In this document: piece by piece, positions 11,372 to 23,088 of the stretch
Numbering within the stretch: the first letter of the stretch is position 1
Layout of the letters: each line of letters opens with the position of its first letter
DNA from: Marsupella aquatica
Lineage: Eukaryota; Plantae; Marchantiophyta
NCBI GenBank assembly: GCA_973895155.1
Contig: OZ316899.1
Span: forward strand, 457,573 to 521,572
Direction: 5' to 3'
DNA: 64,000 nucleotides
Notes under the pieces: model-generated
Database searches by the model: none
What the model was told of the DNA's origin: nothing
What the model saw: the letters and a program-made list of their open reading frames with translations, nothing else
Translations under genes and position numbers: made by a program

Positions 11372-12795
11372 TCCTCGTCAGGGAATTTTGATCATCAATC
11401 ACCTTCTCATCTACTGGTCCTTCAATCCTGGAGAAAAAATCAGCATTTGTGTGTTGCTTACCTGGCCGCACCCGGATCTCATAGTCAAATTCTTGGAGTA
11501 GTAGCATCCACCTTGCCACTCTCCCAGTCAAATCAGGTTTGTTGACCATATATTTCAGAGCATTATGGTTAGTGTGAAATACTACCTTGTAGCCCAGCAA
11601 GTAGTGTCAAAACTTCTTACACGAGTAGACTATCCCTATAGCTTCTCGATCGGTAGCAGAATAGTTCTTTTCAGCAGCAGCTAGGAGTCTACTTGCAAAA
11701 TAGATGGGATGATCTCTGCCATTGTTATCTAGTTGACTGGGAACTACTCCAATACAAAAGCTAGAGACATCAACAAAGACATGGAATGCCTTGTTCCAAT
11801 CAGGTACCATCAGAATGGGAGCTTCTACGAGCTTTTGCTTCAGTTGGTTGAAACTTGCTATCCTCTCAAGTGTAGGCTCAAAATCAGAGTCTAATTTCAA
11901 CATGGAAGTCATTGGGAAAGCTATCTTTGCAAACTCTTGAATCAACCGTCGATAGTAGCCAACGCAGCCTAGAAACCCCTTGACCTCGGTAATAGTAGTT
12001 GGAAAAAGAATGGCTAACCAAACAGCCACTTTATCCAGGTCTACTTCAATTCCACGCTTGGAAACCTTGTGCCCCAACAAGATACCCTCACTTACTCCAA
12101 AGAAGCACTTGCCTGGATGTAATTTGAGACCGGTTTCTCTGCAACGCTGGAAGGTTTGTCTCAAGTAGTTGACATGGTCCACAGCCTTCCTGTAAACAGC
12201 AAAGTCGTCAATGAAAACCTCTAGAAATATCCGCAAAAAGTCATGGAAAATGTTCATCATCAATCGCTGGAACATTCCTGGCGCATTACAAAGACCAAAC
12301 GGCATTCTACGAAAGGCAAAGACTCCCCACTCAGTTGTAAAGGCAGTCTTGAGTTGATCCTCTAGTTGGATCCAAATCTGATTATAGCCTGATTAACCAT
12401 CCATGAAGCTATAGACCTCTTGCCCAGCAACAATGTCTAGTATCATTTCCGTGAACGGAATGGGATAACGATCTTTCATGGTGGCCTCATTCAACTTTCT
12501 ATAATCTTGACATATTCTGATTTTTGGTTTTCCATTAGGTCCCGGTTTCTTTGGTACAATCACTAGTGGAGACACCCACTCACTAGTCATAACTGGATAG
12601 ATGAAACCAGCATCAAGAAGCCTATCAATCTCTTCCTTCACCATTAGTGAGTATCTAGGGTTCATCCTATATTGCCTTTGCCTGATTGCCTTAGCTCCGA
12701 GCATCAAATCAATCTTCAGTTCACCAAGTTCAGGGTTGACTCCTGTGATATCTCGATGACTCCAAGCAAAGACATCCATGTACTGATTTTGTAAG
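11372..12795 (-). pseudogene. pol: RT and RNase H of element C (frameshifts and stops)
   Basis: VFAWS, YRKLNEAT, MPFGLCNAP, FIDDF, VDVS.FCIG, YSATDREA, RWMLLLQEFDY. Confidence 0.92.
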
Positions 12796-13126
12796 ATAGA
12801 GAGCTGAGCGAGAGCTGAGGAGAGCTGGGGGAGCTGGGAGAGCGAAACATCGTCGTTTCTCTTTTCTCTTCCATTTTTTTGTTTCTAAATTGTCATGCTG
12901 AGCTTCACTGATTTGTCTATTTGTCAGGCCGACAGGAGATTTGAAAAGCTCTGCCTTTGGCCTTTTGAACGAACCGCGTATCACCAACTTTAGACTATCT
13001 TAGACATAGGTTCGACTTGCATAAGGTTTTTTGAACTTCTTTAGTTCCTCCATTGAAATTGGATAGATTTTGGTTGAACCATTCGAGCGAGTGGTTGCTT
13101 AATCCCTGGTGTATCAACAACGCTCT

Positions 13127-15370
13127 ATGGATACAAATGCACACTATGGATTTGGACGATCATTTTGCTCCATTGGTGGCAGGGGACCAAATCGCTATCC
13201 TTATGCCCTTTCTGGCCGAGGAAACGGGAGGGGACCATCTGATGCCTCTTGGCGGCATGAAGGTGCGCCTCTCTCTGCGGGGCGACGCCCTTGGAGCGGG
13301 GATGCGCATGAGAAATCCCTACCGGAGAAAGATTCAAGTAGATTTTCTATTCAGGATGCACGTGGTGGTCCAAAAGCAGCACCTTTTGATCTGTTTGATA
13401 ACTCTCGGGCGCAGAGGGAAAGAACTCCCCCAGAACGACTTCAACAAAGCGGCCGTTTCATTTCCCGACATGGCACTTTGTGGGCTGACCAAATGGAAGA
13501 AGAAACGACGGCACGAGATGATGCTACTTTGGCCCCGCCCTTGCCTAGAGGGAAAAATGCAGAAAATGTTGCCAAACCGGATCCAACCATTCCACCATCG
13601 ATGGAATATAATGACGCACATGACAGAAATGGAGGTGAGCATAGAGACCATTTGGATACTTCACAAGATCACACAATGGATTACAACTTTCCACACGACG
13701 GACTACGCAGTAGAGAGGAACTTTTAGAGAACTCACAGGACACCTGCCTGGATATCTTAAGGACTATTGCCTTGAACTTGACAGAGGATTGGACGGACCA
13801 ACTTCACACTACCATTCAATGGTCGATTGAGGAAGCTACTCTCTCCGTCCAAGAGCTTTACAGTTGCACTATGATGTGCTTCTTCACTGACCGTGCCCCT
13901 CTCCTTCCTTCATTTCGTGATTGGATGGAAGGAGTTTTCATTAGGGATTTAGGCTGGCCGGTTACACAGATCAAGTATGTTGGGAAGAACTTTTTTATGA
14001 TCTCTTTCGAATACCCGACACACAGAGACGCAGCGTTGGAACTGTCCCCTCTCTTCTTGGATCGGAAAATTGTACACACGTTCCCTTGGGAACCTTCATT
14101 CGATGTGAGGAATGATTCTTATACCAAGCTGCCAGTTTGGATTGAGATACCCTTTCGAGCTCTTGTTCTTGAAGGTTGTCGTAAAAGGATTGCGGAATCT
14201 TTTGGTAAACTTCTTTACTACATCCAAGGTGATGTCCGCAGCTCTTTTCCTCACGATCGCGCTTGCATTCTTTGGGATACAAGTCGTGAAATTCCTCGTA
14301 GTGTTGGAATTGAGATTACAGAAGACATCACTATTTGGCAGCCGGTCAGATTCAAAAACATTCCTTATCACTGCTTTCGATGCAACAAGAAGGGGCACCT
14401 TGCCAGAGAATGCAGAATTTTGGAAGAAAATGCCACCTCAACTAAAGATACTGAGGTGACTAAGGCGAACGAAGTAGACGCGGGGGCTAAGCAGCACGAT
14501 AATGATAGCGGTAACGGTGCTACTGAACAACACGTGGACTCCGCTATTGATAGTCAGACAAAGCTACCACCTGGCGCTGACACGGTGATTGAATCAACGA
14601 TAGTGGACGCTGCACTGGCTGTCTCTCCTCCTGGTGCGGATCTTATGATTGCTGCTAACATATTAGCAGCTGAACCAAGTGGTGGGCCATCTATCTCTAC
14701 TGACTTTCTTGTTGGTAGCTCCTCTCGACCCCTGCAAGTGAATGCGCATCGTCTTACTCAAGCCGTCACACTACCACGCACCGACGAGTCTCACAGCATT
14801 GACCACCAGATTGTTGAAGCCATAGCATCCCCATCTCCAACTTGCTCTCCTCACCACGTTGTAAGCAACGCAAATGAATTTTGTCTCCCCTTACTCAGAG
14901 ACAACGCTCTTTTTCAAGCACTTCCAAGCTCAGAAGATGGCCTAGCTGAACATGGGCTTGATCAGGATCCGACTGCCCCTTTGGGGTCTGATAAATTGGC
15001 AGTCCTGATTGAGAATCCTTTGGATCCTCCTTCCACCTCGAATGATGATATGTGCTTACCTGTCATTGGATTAGACACGACTGACCACCAATTACCAATT
15101 GTGGCCAGCGGGGACGAGATAGTATCAGTTCTGGGTGGTTCGGATGTAGAGATGTCTGAATATGAGGAATACATTTTGAAAAGTCAGCTCAAGAAGGATC
15201 GTGCCAGGAAACTGGAACTCCAAACTCCTCCGTCTGATCAGAAGAAGAAGAAAGACAAAAAAGCCAATACAAAGAAAGGTCGCTTGATACAATTCTCGTC
15301 TCACGATACTCAGGCTTCTAGCTCTCAGACTCGAACGAGATCCAAATCAAATCGCTATCCGACGGCGTAG
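13127..15370 (+). CDS. ORF1: L1 ORF1 protein (DUF4283/RRM-like region plus CCHC zinc knuckle)
   Basis: Open 747-aa frame from ATG; VGKNFFMISF...WEPSF...PVWIEIP...IAESFGK; knuckle CFRCNKKGHLAREC. Confidence 0.88.
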   Translation: MDTNAHYGFGRSFCSIGGRGPNRYPYALSGRGNGRGPSDASWRHEGAPLSAGRRPWSGDAHEKSLPEKDSSRFSIQDARGGPKAAPFDLFDNSRAQRERTPPERLQQSGRFISRHGTLWADQMEEETTARDDATLAPPLPRGKNAENVAKPDPTIPPSMEYNDAHDRNGGEHRDHLDTSQDHTMDYNFPHDGLRSREELLENSQDTCLDILRTIALNLTEDWTDQLHTTIQWSIEEATLSVQELYSCTMMCFFTDRAPLLPSFRDWMEGVFIRDLGWPVTQIKYVGKNFFMISFEYPTHRDAALELSPLFLDRKIVHTFPWEPSFDVRNDSYTKLPVWIEIPFRALVLEGCRKRIAESFGKLLYYIQGDVRSSFPHDRACILWDTSREIPRSVGIEITEDITIWQPVRFKNIPYHCFRCNKKGHLARECRILEENATSTKDTEVTKANEVDAGAKQHDNDSGNGATEQHVDSAIDSQTKLPPGADTVIESTIVDAALAVSPPGADLMIAANILAAEPSGGPSISTDFLVGSSSRPLQVNAHRLTQAVTLPRTDESHSIDHQIVEAIASPSPTCSPHHVVSNANEFCLPLLRDNALFQALPSSEDGLAEHGLDQDPTAPLGSDKLAVLIENPLDPPSTSNDDMCLPVIGLDTTDHQLPIVASGDEIVSVLGGSDVEMSEYEEYILKSQLKKDRARKLELQTPPSDQKKKKDKKANTKKGRLIQFSSHDTQASSSQTRTRSKSNRYPTA

Positions 15371-15509
15371 GCTGCATTGGATCTAATCTGGATCGGGCGG
15401 ACCTCAGGGAGTGCATTTTTGATGGTTGCGCTTCCCTTTGGAAATTTTTGCACTAGAAATAGGAAGCCTTAATCTTTTTCCTCATTTTGCGGCACAAGGA
15501 TTCAGGAAC

Positions 15510-16421
15510 ATGGACACTTGTCTCTTTATCGGTTCATGGAATGTTTGTGGCTTATGTGAAGCCAATCGGAAACACATTGTGAAAAACTGGATTACCTCGC
15601 TCAAAAACTCCATTGATTGCTCTAGCACTACAAGAGGTTAAAGTTGATAGGTTTCGTTTAGACTTAGCTTTACGTACTATTCTACCTTCCTATCAACATC
15701 TTTCTGTTGAGTCTTATGAGGGCAAGGGCGGCACTTCCCTGCTGGTGCACCCTTCGTTTCAAATCACTCAATCCGGTATCATTGACAAGGGCAGAGCAGT
15801 CTGGGTCAAAGGTAAACTTGCAGAAGGACATTTGGGGATTGTGAGTATTTATGCTCCCAATACCCCCAGAGAGCGGGCTATTTTGTGGCACAATTTAAAA
15901 ATCACTCTACCTCAGGACAACTGGATCATTTGCGGAGATTTCAACATGGTCGAAAGAAGTTTAGACTCCACCGGTCCTTCACCACTGCTCAAAGGAAGAG
16001 AAGCGGAATTCTGGAGGTTTTTCAAAATGAGATTCGACTTAGAAGATGTTGCCAACGTTACACAAGCCTTTCGAGGTGCGGAATTTACTTGGCGGCGTCT
16101 CATAAACAGCAAACTAGTGCAATCTCGACTAGACAGGTTCTATTTTAGTGGAAAAAGCTGGTGGACGGGAGCAGTGATCGACCTGCTACATGAATGTGAA
16201 ATGGCTCTATCTGATCATGACCCAGTTATCCTATGTTTTAGTCTCTCTCCTTCGGCTCTAGAAAAAAATGCGGCACGAAAATCCTCTTTCTTCAAGGCTA
16301 ACGCCGGGCTACTCAAATTGAAAGGATTTATTGACAAACTAGCAGTGGCCTGGACTTTGAGTGGAGTCACGGTTTCAGACCCGCACCTTTGCTTTTATCA
16401 AGCGAAACTACGTTTGAAAGA
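15510..16421 (+). pseudogene. ORF2: L1 ORF2 APE endonuclease domain (one frameshift, truncated)
   Basis: SWNVCGL, LQEVK, SIYAPN, GDFNMV, SRLDRFY, LSDHDPV. Confidence 0.92.
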
Positions 16422-18757
16422 TGTCACGTCGTCGGCTTCGGCCTTAACTCAGACTTAAGCTTAGACGGGCACATCCCTCGTAAATCTGAGGGTTCGGGCA
16501 GGGAGGGAAGCGTGTAATGCACCTAATTCACGTAAACTAGCGCTAAGTGCGCCTACTGTTAGATACGGACATCTCCTAGGTATGGTTTGTGTTCCGCCGC
16601 CGAAAGGTACCTTAGTCGATAACAGGATCGACCCCGGCTTAAGGACTTCTAAGCCTTCGTGTTGTCCGCCTTCGATCCGGATTCCATGATATAGGTCCTC
16701 AACCCGTGCTCGCAACCACATCCCCGCAAGCTGCACCTCGTGCACGATTCGGGTAGTGTGTTTGGCCTGGCGTTGTCACCTATACACGAGATTCACACAC
16801 ACATACACGCGCACAAGCATACAATCTTGATTTACACGAAGGAAATAATGGGAAAGGATTTTACTACATAGGGGACATGTGCGTACACTTGGTTGACCCG
16901 ATAGCTCCGGAATGAACAGGTTCAAGGCTGAGAGAGTATACTACAATGGAGCCCGGCTCCGCACTCGCCTGACGAGCTTAGTCCTACCCCCTCCCCTTGG
17001 TACTCTTTCACTCCCAGAGGCCGGGACTCCCCGCACATACCACGGATGTCCAACTCTGAGACTAAAACCCCCCCTGCCTCTACCGAGGGGTGCACTAAAT
17101 ACTAAGGGCCGAGGGATGGGGTGTTCTCTCGCCGAAGATTCGCTGACTAAGGTCCTAACTAAGCTGACAGTCAGGCCGGAAAACGGCTGTGTCTTATTAG
17201 AAGATCCTAATCTACGCAGGCTGGACAGCATGACAGCGCTGCTGTACCTAAGGCAGGTGCCTGTCCCAAGAGCCTGACTAAGCTAGTCCTAATCCTAATC
17301 TATTCCTGCTCTGCTGCTAATGCCTGGCACGCTTGCCAGAGCCGCCCGAATGGGAGCGGCCATCCCGCTGCCTTTGAAGCCTGTCATTGTCCGCCTTGAG
17401 GAGCTGGACCTGGTCCAGCAGAGATTCGTTCTCTCGCCTTGCCGCGTCCGTCTCCTCTGCTGCCTCCTGACATGCCTCCTCCAGCTGCTGGGCGTCGCTC
17501 GTCAGTTTACCCGCCAGCTGGTTCTGCTTCTCGGCCTCGGTTTGGAGTCACGCCACCTTGGCCTGCAGCGTGGCTATCTCCGTAGTGTCCCGCTGGGCCC
17601 GTTCTTCGGCCTCCTCCAGGTCCTTCTGCCAGATGACAGTTTGATTCTTCAAACTGTCAATCTGGTTCCGGAGTCGTGCAATCTCGGCCTCGTTCCCAGC
17701 TTTGGCCTGCTCGGCTAGGGCGGTAAGGGCGTGCGCCTTTGCTAACAAATCATCGGCGGCTGCAACCTTGGGTCGTAGTTGCAGAAGCTCAGCCTCTTGA
17801 GCCGCAACTTCGTTCTTTAAGTAGACGGACTCCACCCGGTACCGCTCTATCCTCTAAAGGGCCTCTGACTGGGCCCGACCTGCCTTTACTGCGGCAACTA
17901 ACTCCTGATTGAAGAAACAGGCTACCTTCCAGGCCATGAACTCCCCGGTATCCCGGGCAATTTGATGAGAGAAATCTCCCAGAAGCCCGTTCAGAAATGT
18001 ACCCGGTACGAAGAGTTCCGAGTGGTCCAGGTTGTGCCTGTCCGGAGTTGGGCATGGGCAGACGTCAACACGCGCGGGGGCCGGGGCAGTGACGTCCAGC
18101 CCTAGGGATGTAATGTTGGAAGGGGCTGGAGTGTCCTCCTGCAGCAATGTCCGGTTCTCCGGAATAGCCACCGGTGGGTCTTTGGGAGACCCGGGCTCGG
18201 GTAAGACCTCCGCCGTACCGACTTCTGTACTTAGCCCGGCCTGTTGGATCGCATCAACGGTTGCGACAACCGACCCATCCGGTACCTCCTCGGTTACGAC
18301 TACAGCTACTTGTGGAGGTGGGGTGGGTGAAGCTGGCGTGTCCGCTGGACTTTGGGCCTCGGGTTGGGGCCGTCTCTCCAAGGCCGGAAAAACCCACCTA
18401 GCTGGGACCAACTTTGTAACGTTGACACGGGGAAGGGTTTGTCGATCAAACCGAGCGTACCACTCAAGAATGATCTCGATGTGGCTAGCGAAATATGCCT
18501 TCCCGCCAATGTACAGCATCTTCCTTTGCCGCTCCATCTCTTCATGGAATTTCTTAGCGAAGTACGACGCCCATTTCCTAGGTCGATAGTTCTCGACCTG
18601 GATAACCTGGGCGGTGGAGATCTCCCCCCGGGGTTCCATCATGTGGAGGGCGTACCTCTAGAACTCCAGTCGCTAGGCTATCTCGGGGATGAGGCAGGTC
18701 CTCATCACAAACCCGTTGTCCACTGCTCCTTCCGAGGGAAAACTTGAGGATTGGTAC
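16422..18757 (-). mobile_element. Family F LTR, 3' portion, carrying a PMD-like/coiled-coil ORF remnant
   Basis: Terminus ...GACGACGTGACA on the minus strand interrupts the L1 frame. The other end is lost behind A2, so no second TSD is visible. Confidence 0.7.
17290..18757 (-). pseudogene. F LTR-encoded protein remnant: PMD-like C-terminal half, Pro-rich linker, coiled coil
   Basis: FPSEGAVDNGFVMRTC..PEI..RLEF.RYALH..PR...KWASYF...FASHIEIILEWY, followed by EVAAQEAELLQLRPKV...LEEACQEA; a few stops. Confidence 0.75.
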
Positions 18758-20583
18758 TGTGATGCCTAGCCAGGAATCACTCGGCCAGTTAAGTGGGTAA
18801 AGCAGGAATGCACCCTAGAAACACCTTAGTATAGGGACAAAACAAGGAAAATATAAACAATTAGGGGCGACCATGGAACCCGGGCCGAGGCCGGAGGTAA
18901 GGACGCTGGGGGTGAAAACTCGATTAGGGTTAGGGCGCGTTAAGCGTCGGTGGCTAGGAAGGATCAACGGGAGGAAGGACCGGAAGAGGAGAGGGGTAAG
19001 GAGCACTTGCAGGAGATGGTGGCTCATTTGCGAGCACGAACTAGGCGGACGACTACGGGAGGCCAACTACTGTCAGCTGCTTAGGCAAGCACTCGGGGAG
19101 AGAGTAGATACCGACGATCGACCTAAGGAGGGTATGAGCAACGTCAATCAAGCGGCACATTTCTGGGGATGCCTGTTCGAACGGGCAACTGAGTACATCA
19201 AGACTTACGAGGACAAGGAATCAGAAAGGGCAGCTCGAGAACGGCAGGAGCTCGCTCGATTGTGGGAGCTGTAGAAGACGGTTTTCTTAGGAGGCAAACT
19301 CATCAACGCCGAGTTCTTGTGGACTCCTACTTCCAATCAGCTCGACGATCTTCTGTTTTGTGAAGACAGAATCATCGGCATTCGAGAGGCCATCAAGAAC
19401 TGCAACGGCATACACTAGGAATTGAAGGGTAGCACGGAAGGGTGGACCCCGGCAACGGTGCTAGGAGAAACCTCCACGGCAGCAGAGATGAAGAGGAAGG
19501 GAGCCGTCAACGATGAAGCCACCCCGGCAAAAAGAACGAGGTCGGCGGCACCAAGGAAGCCAGCCGAGCAGCAGAGCAGGAGGCAGGGAGAAGCCGAAGA
19601 GGAGGAGGTTGATCCCATCAATGCCATTCCAACCAGGGATGACACCTGGAAAGGCTAGGCGGCAACCCTACCGGTGGAGGTGCAACTACATTTTGCACGG
19701 GAGGAGGATGCATGCTTTACGGCCATGCAGACCAAGAAGTACCAAGGCTTCATGGCCGGATCCGGCTTAGAGGCCTTTGTAAGATTACCATGGCTGAAGC
19801 CGGAGGTGCCGGATTCAGACCTATTAGAATTTGTGGGGTCATGGGAACCCGAGACCAATTGCACGAGGATATATGGGAAGGATTTCTATCTTACTCCCAA
19901 GGTGATTGCCGAAGTGTTTGGCTTGCCGATAGGCAATAAGACCAAAGTTGATACCAGGAAGACCTTGCCTGACAAGGAGTTCCGGTCGTTCCCCGGGCCA
20001 TCAACGAAGAATGGCTTCTTCCGGAACACCTGCACCAACCCACACATAGGAGAGATGATCGACTTCTTGCGGGTGACCATGCACTGTAACTTGCCGAGGG
20101 TAGAGGTCGGCAAGGCATAGGTCTATCTGGCAGAGAGGCCAGACCCAAGCCGGGACTACAACGGGTACCTCCTCAACCAATTGAAGAAGATCTTAAAGGA
20201 GGAGCAGCAGGTAATTGGCATGGGGAGCGTGTCGCGGCTTGGCTATCACATGCCGCTGTTGTGCCGGTATGCCAGAGGTCAGACCTTTGCCCCAGTACTT
20301 CCCCTGCAGGTAAGGGCACCCGAGGAAGCTCCAGCACCGAGGCCGGTAGCAGAGAAGCCTCAACCACCTGTTAGCCCTACGATCGAGCAGGTGTTTAGGC
20401 CAAGGACGGAGGACTTGCCGATGCAGCAACCAGGCATGCAGAATCTGCTGAAACTACTGGAGAAAGAAAAGAGATCGACATCGGCAACGACAACGGCAAC
20501 GGCAACAATGCAGGACACTGCTCCAGAGGTAGGCCTACACCGGCTTACAAGGGAAAACCCCTTTACTGGAGACAAGGAGAGAA
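18758..20583 (+). mobile_element. Family A LTR, copy A2 (5' 1.8 kb) with N-terminal and PMD-like coding region
   Basis: Starts TGTGATGCCTAGCCAGG. Encodes MEPGPRPEV..., VGIREAIK..., GLEAFVRLPW...EFVGSWEPETNCTRIYGKDFYLTPKVIAEVFGLP, with TAG stops. Confidence 0.85.
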
Positions 20584-21498
20584 TGTGATGCCTAGACAGG
20601 AATCACTCGGCCAGTTAAGTGGGTAAAGCAGGAAGGCACCCTAGGAACACCTTAGTATAGGGACAAAACAAGGAAAATATAAACAATTAGGGGCAACCAT
20701 GGAACCCGGGCCGAGGCCGGAGGTAAGGACGCTGAGGGTGAAAACTCGATTAGGGTTAGGGCGCGTTAAGCGTCGGCGGCTAGGAAGGATCAACGGGAAG
20801 AAGGACCGGCAGAGGAGAGGGGTAAGGAGCGCTTGCAGGAGATGGTGGCTCATTTGCGAGCACGAACTAGGCAGACGACTACGGGAGGCCAACTACTGTC
20901 AGCTGCTTAGGCAAGCACTCGGGGAGAGAGTAGATACCGACGATCGACCTAAGAAGGGTATGAGCAACGTCAATCAAGCGGCACATTTCTGGGGATGCCT
21001 GTTCGAACGGGCAACTGAGTACATCAAGACTTACGAGGACGAGGAATCAGAAAGAGCAGCTCGAGAACGGCAGGAGCTCGCTCGATTGTGGGAGCTGCAG
21101 AAGACAGCTTTCTTAGGAGGTGAACTCATCAAGGACGAGTTCCTGTGGACGCCTACTTCCAATCAACTCGACGATCTTCTGTTTTGCAAAGACAGCGTCG
21201 TCGGCATCCGAGAGGCCATCAAGAACTGCAACGACATACACTGGGAATTAAAGGGTAGCACGGAAAGGTGGACCCAGGCAACGGTGCTAGGAGAAACCTC
21301 CACGGCAGCAGAGATGAAGAGGAAGGGAGCCGTCAACGATGAAGCCACCCCGGCAAAAAGAACGAGGTCGGCGGCACCAAAGAAGCCAGCCGAGCAGCAG
21401 AGCAGGAGGCAGGGAGAAGCCGAAGAGGAGGAGGTCGATCCCATCAAGGCCATTCCAACCAGGGATGACACCTGGAAGGGCTGGGCGGCAACCCTACG
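20584..21498 (+). mobile_element. Family A LTR, copy A3, nested in A2 and truncated
   Basis: New TGTGATGCC terminus at an internal site of A2. Near-identical to the first 0.9 kb of A2; abrupt switch to pol at 21499. Confidence 0.85.
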
Positions 21499-22815
21499 GA
21501 GTAGTCAATGGCTAGCAAGATGTACCTACATCTGCGTCTTCGTGTAACTGGAGTGAACGGCCCGATGTAATCGATGCCATATTTTTTGAATGGTGCAAGC
21601 GGAAGTACGGAAGTGAGAGGGTGGTTGTGGGTTCTTCTTGGGGTGCTAGCCTGTTGGCACAAATCGCACCCCTTAATAAAGCTTTGTACATCTTGATGTA
21701 ACATAGGCCACCAATATCCCAAATCCAAGATCTTTTGGGCTGTTGTAAAGCCACAAAATGGCCTCCAGCTTCTTCCTCATGCAAGGCCCGCATAACAATG
21801 AGCGTCTCCTTGTACTCTAAGCAGCGTCGTAATTTCCTGTTAACTCCTTCCTTGTGTAAGTGCCCTTGTATCATGACATATGGTCCGGCTTTCCGTAGAA
21901 ACACAGCGGCGGCCTCTTGATTGATGCCATTGGGGATGTGGCCTGTTAAGAGGAAGGTGATCATTGAGCCATACCACGTGGGTGTTCCCACCCCTACGTG
22001 GAATAACTCCTCATCCGGAAAAGTATCATTAATAGGCTGATCGACAGGTACACCATCCAGTCTTGAAAAGAAGTCGGCGTTGAGGTGTGCTTTTCCTGGC
22101 CAAACCCGAACCTTGTAGTTGAATTCCTGGAGGAGTAGCACCCACCGGGCTATCCCTCCCGTGACATCTGCTTTGTTGACCATGTACTTCAGGCTATCAT
22201 GATCCGTGTGGAATATGACCTTATATCCGAGCAGATAGTGTCAGAGTTTCTTGCACGAGTAGATAATACCGAGAGCCTCTTGGTTGGTGGGGGAGTAATT
22301 TTTCTCTGCAGCAAAGAACTGAAGACTGGCGTAATAGATGGGGTGGTCACGATCGTCCTCGTCGAGCTGGCTCAGCACAGACCCAATGCAAAAACCGGAA
22401 ACATCGACGTAAACATGGAATTCTTTATTCCAATCCGGGGTAACCATGATGGGTGCTGTGATGAGTCGCCTGCAAAGTTCTTTGAAAGCAATCTGTCTTC
22501 GTGGTGTCTCCTCAATCGCAGCATCTCTCTTCATCATCTCTGTGAGAGGGAGTGCGATCTTAGCAAAATCTTTGATGAACCGGTGGTAATATCCTACGCA
22601 ACCCAAGAAGGATCGTACCGCCTTTTGATCTACGGGAAACACAACCGCCATCCATGCTGCGACCTTCTCTTGGTCCACTTTGATACCCCGTTTGGACACA
22701 CGATGCCCGAGTAACACTCCCTCCTCTACCCTGAAGAAACATTTGGCGGGATGCAATTTGAGATTAACCTTTTGGCATCGTTGTAGGGTACGTCGGAGAT
22801 GTTCCCACTCCGCCA
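21499..22815 (-). pseudogene. pol: Isolated Gypsy pol fragment (RT end, RNase H, integrase start), a third Athila/Phygy-like family
   Basis: LKLHPAKCFF, FLGCVGYY, VYVDVSGFCIG, RWVLLLQEF, GGHF, YGIDYIGP. Both ends are blunt; no LTR. Confidence 0.88.
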
Positions 22816-23088
22816 ATCCAGGTCAGCATGTGTTAGTGGCCGCCTCCTGGAGTTTGTTATACGGACCCGAGGAAGGGGCCCATTACACGCTCGCAACCCG
22901 GGCATGTGAATGGCGACCCGCCGCCGGCCCAAACACGAATGCCCCTTATTGACTAATGATTTCCTACTCATAATAGCTACCTAAATACTGTCGTTACTCT
23001 AATAATTACGGCCTAAGATACCCCTAATGTGCGTGCTAAGTGCGGTTAGGCCGAATTACTCATTTCCCGCCGTACCGGCAGCGTCACA
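22816..23088 (-). repeat. Family G LTR 5' end, copy G2 (nested in G1, truncated)
   Basis: Starts TGTGACGCTGCC on the minus strand. Diverged but colinear with 36520-36799. Confidence 0.7.

Larger units (their letters stand above)
3367..12795 (-). mobile_element. Ty3/Gypsy element C (non-chromovirus, Athila/Phygy-like), 5'-truncated, interrupted by solo LTR J
   Basis: RT-RNaseH-integrase order on the minus strand, PPT GAGACGGGGG next to the 3' LTR. gag and 5' LTR are missing beyond ~12795, where an L1 begins. Confidence 0.9.
12796..16421 (+). mobile_element. Plant L1-type LINE with intact 5' end, cut after the endonuclease by LTR F
   Basis: GAGCTG-repeat 5' end, 5' UTR, ORF1, then ORF2 endonuclease. 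The frame is broken by TGTCACG at 16422. Confidence 0.9.

Noticed and set aside
11600-11612. Same in-frame TGA in K[FL]*HYLLG in two different pol copies (also ~22241), suggesting programmed readthrough
   Set aside because: Intact H has AGG (Arg) there. CGA>TGA deamination at a CpG explains the recurrence, and both copies have other lesions.
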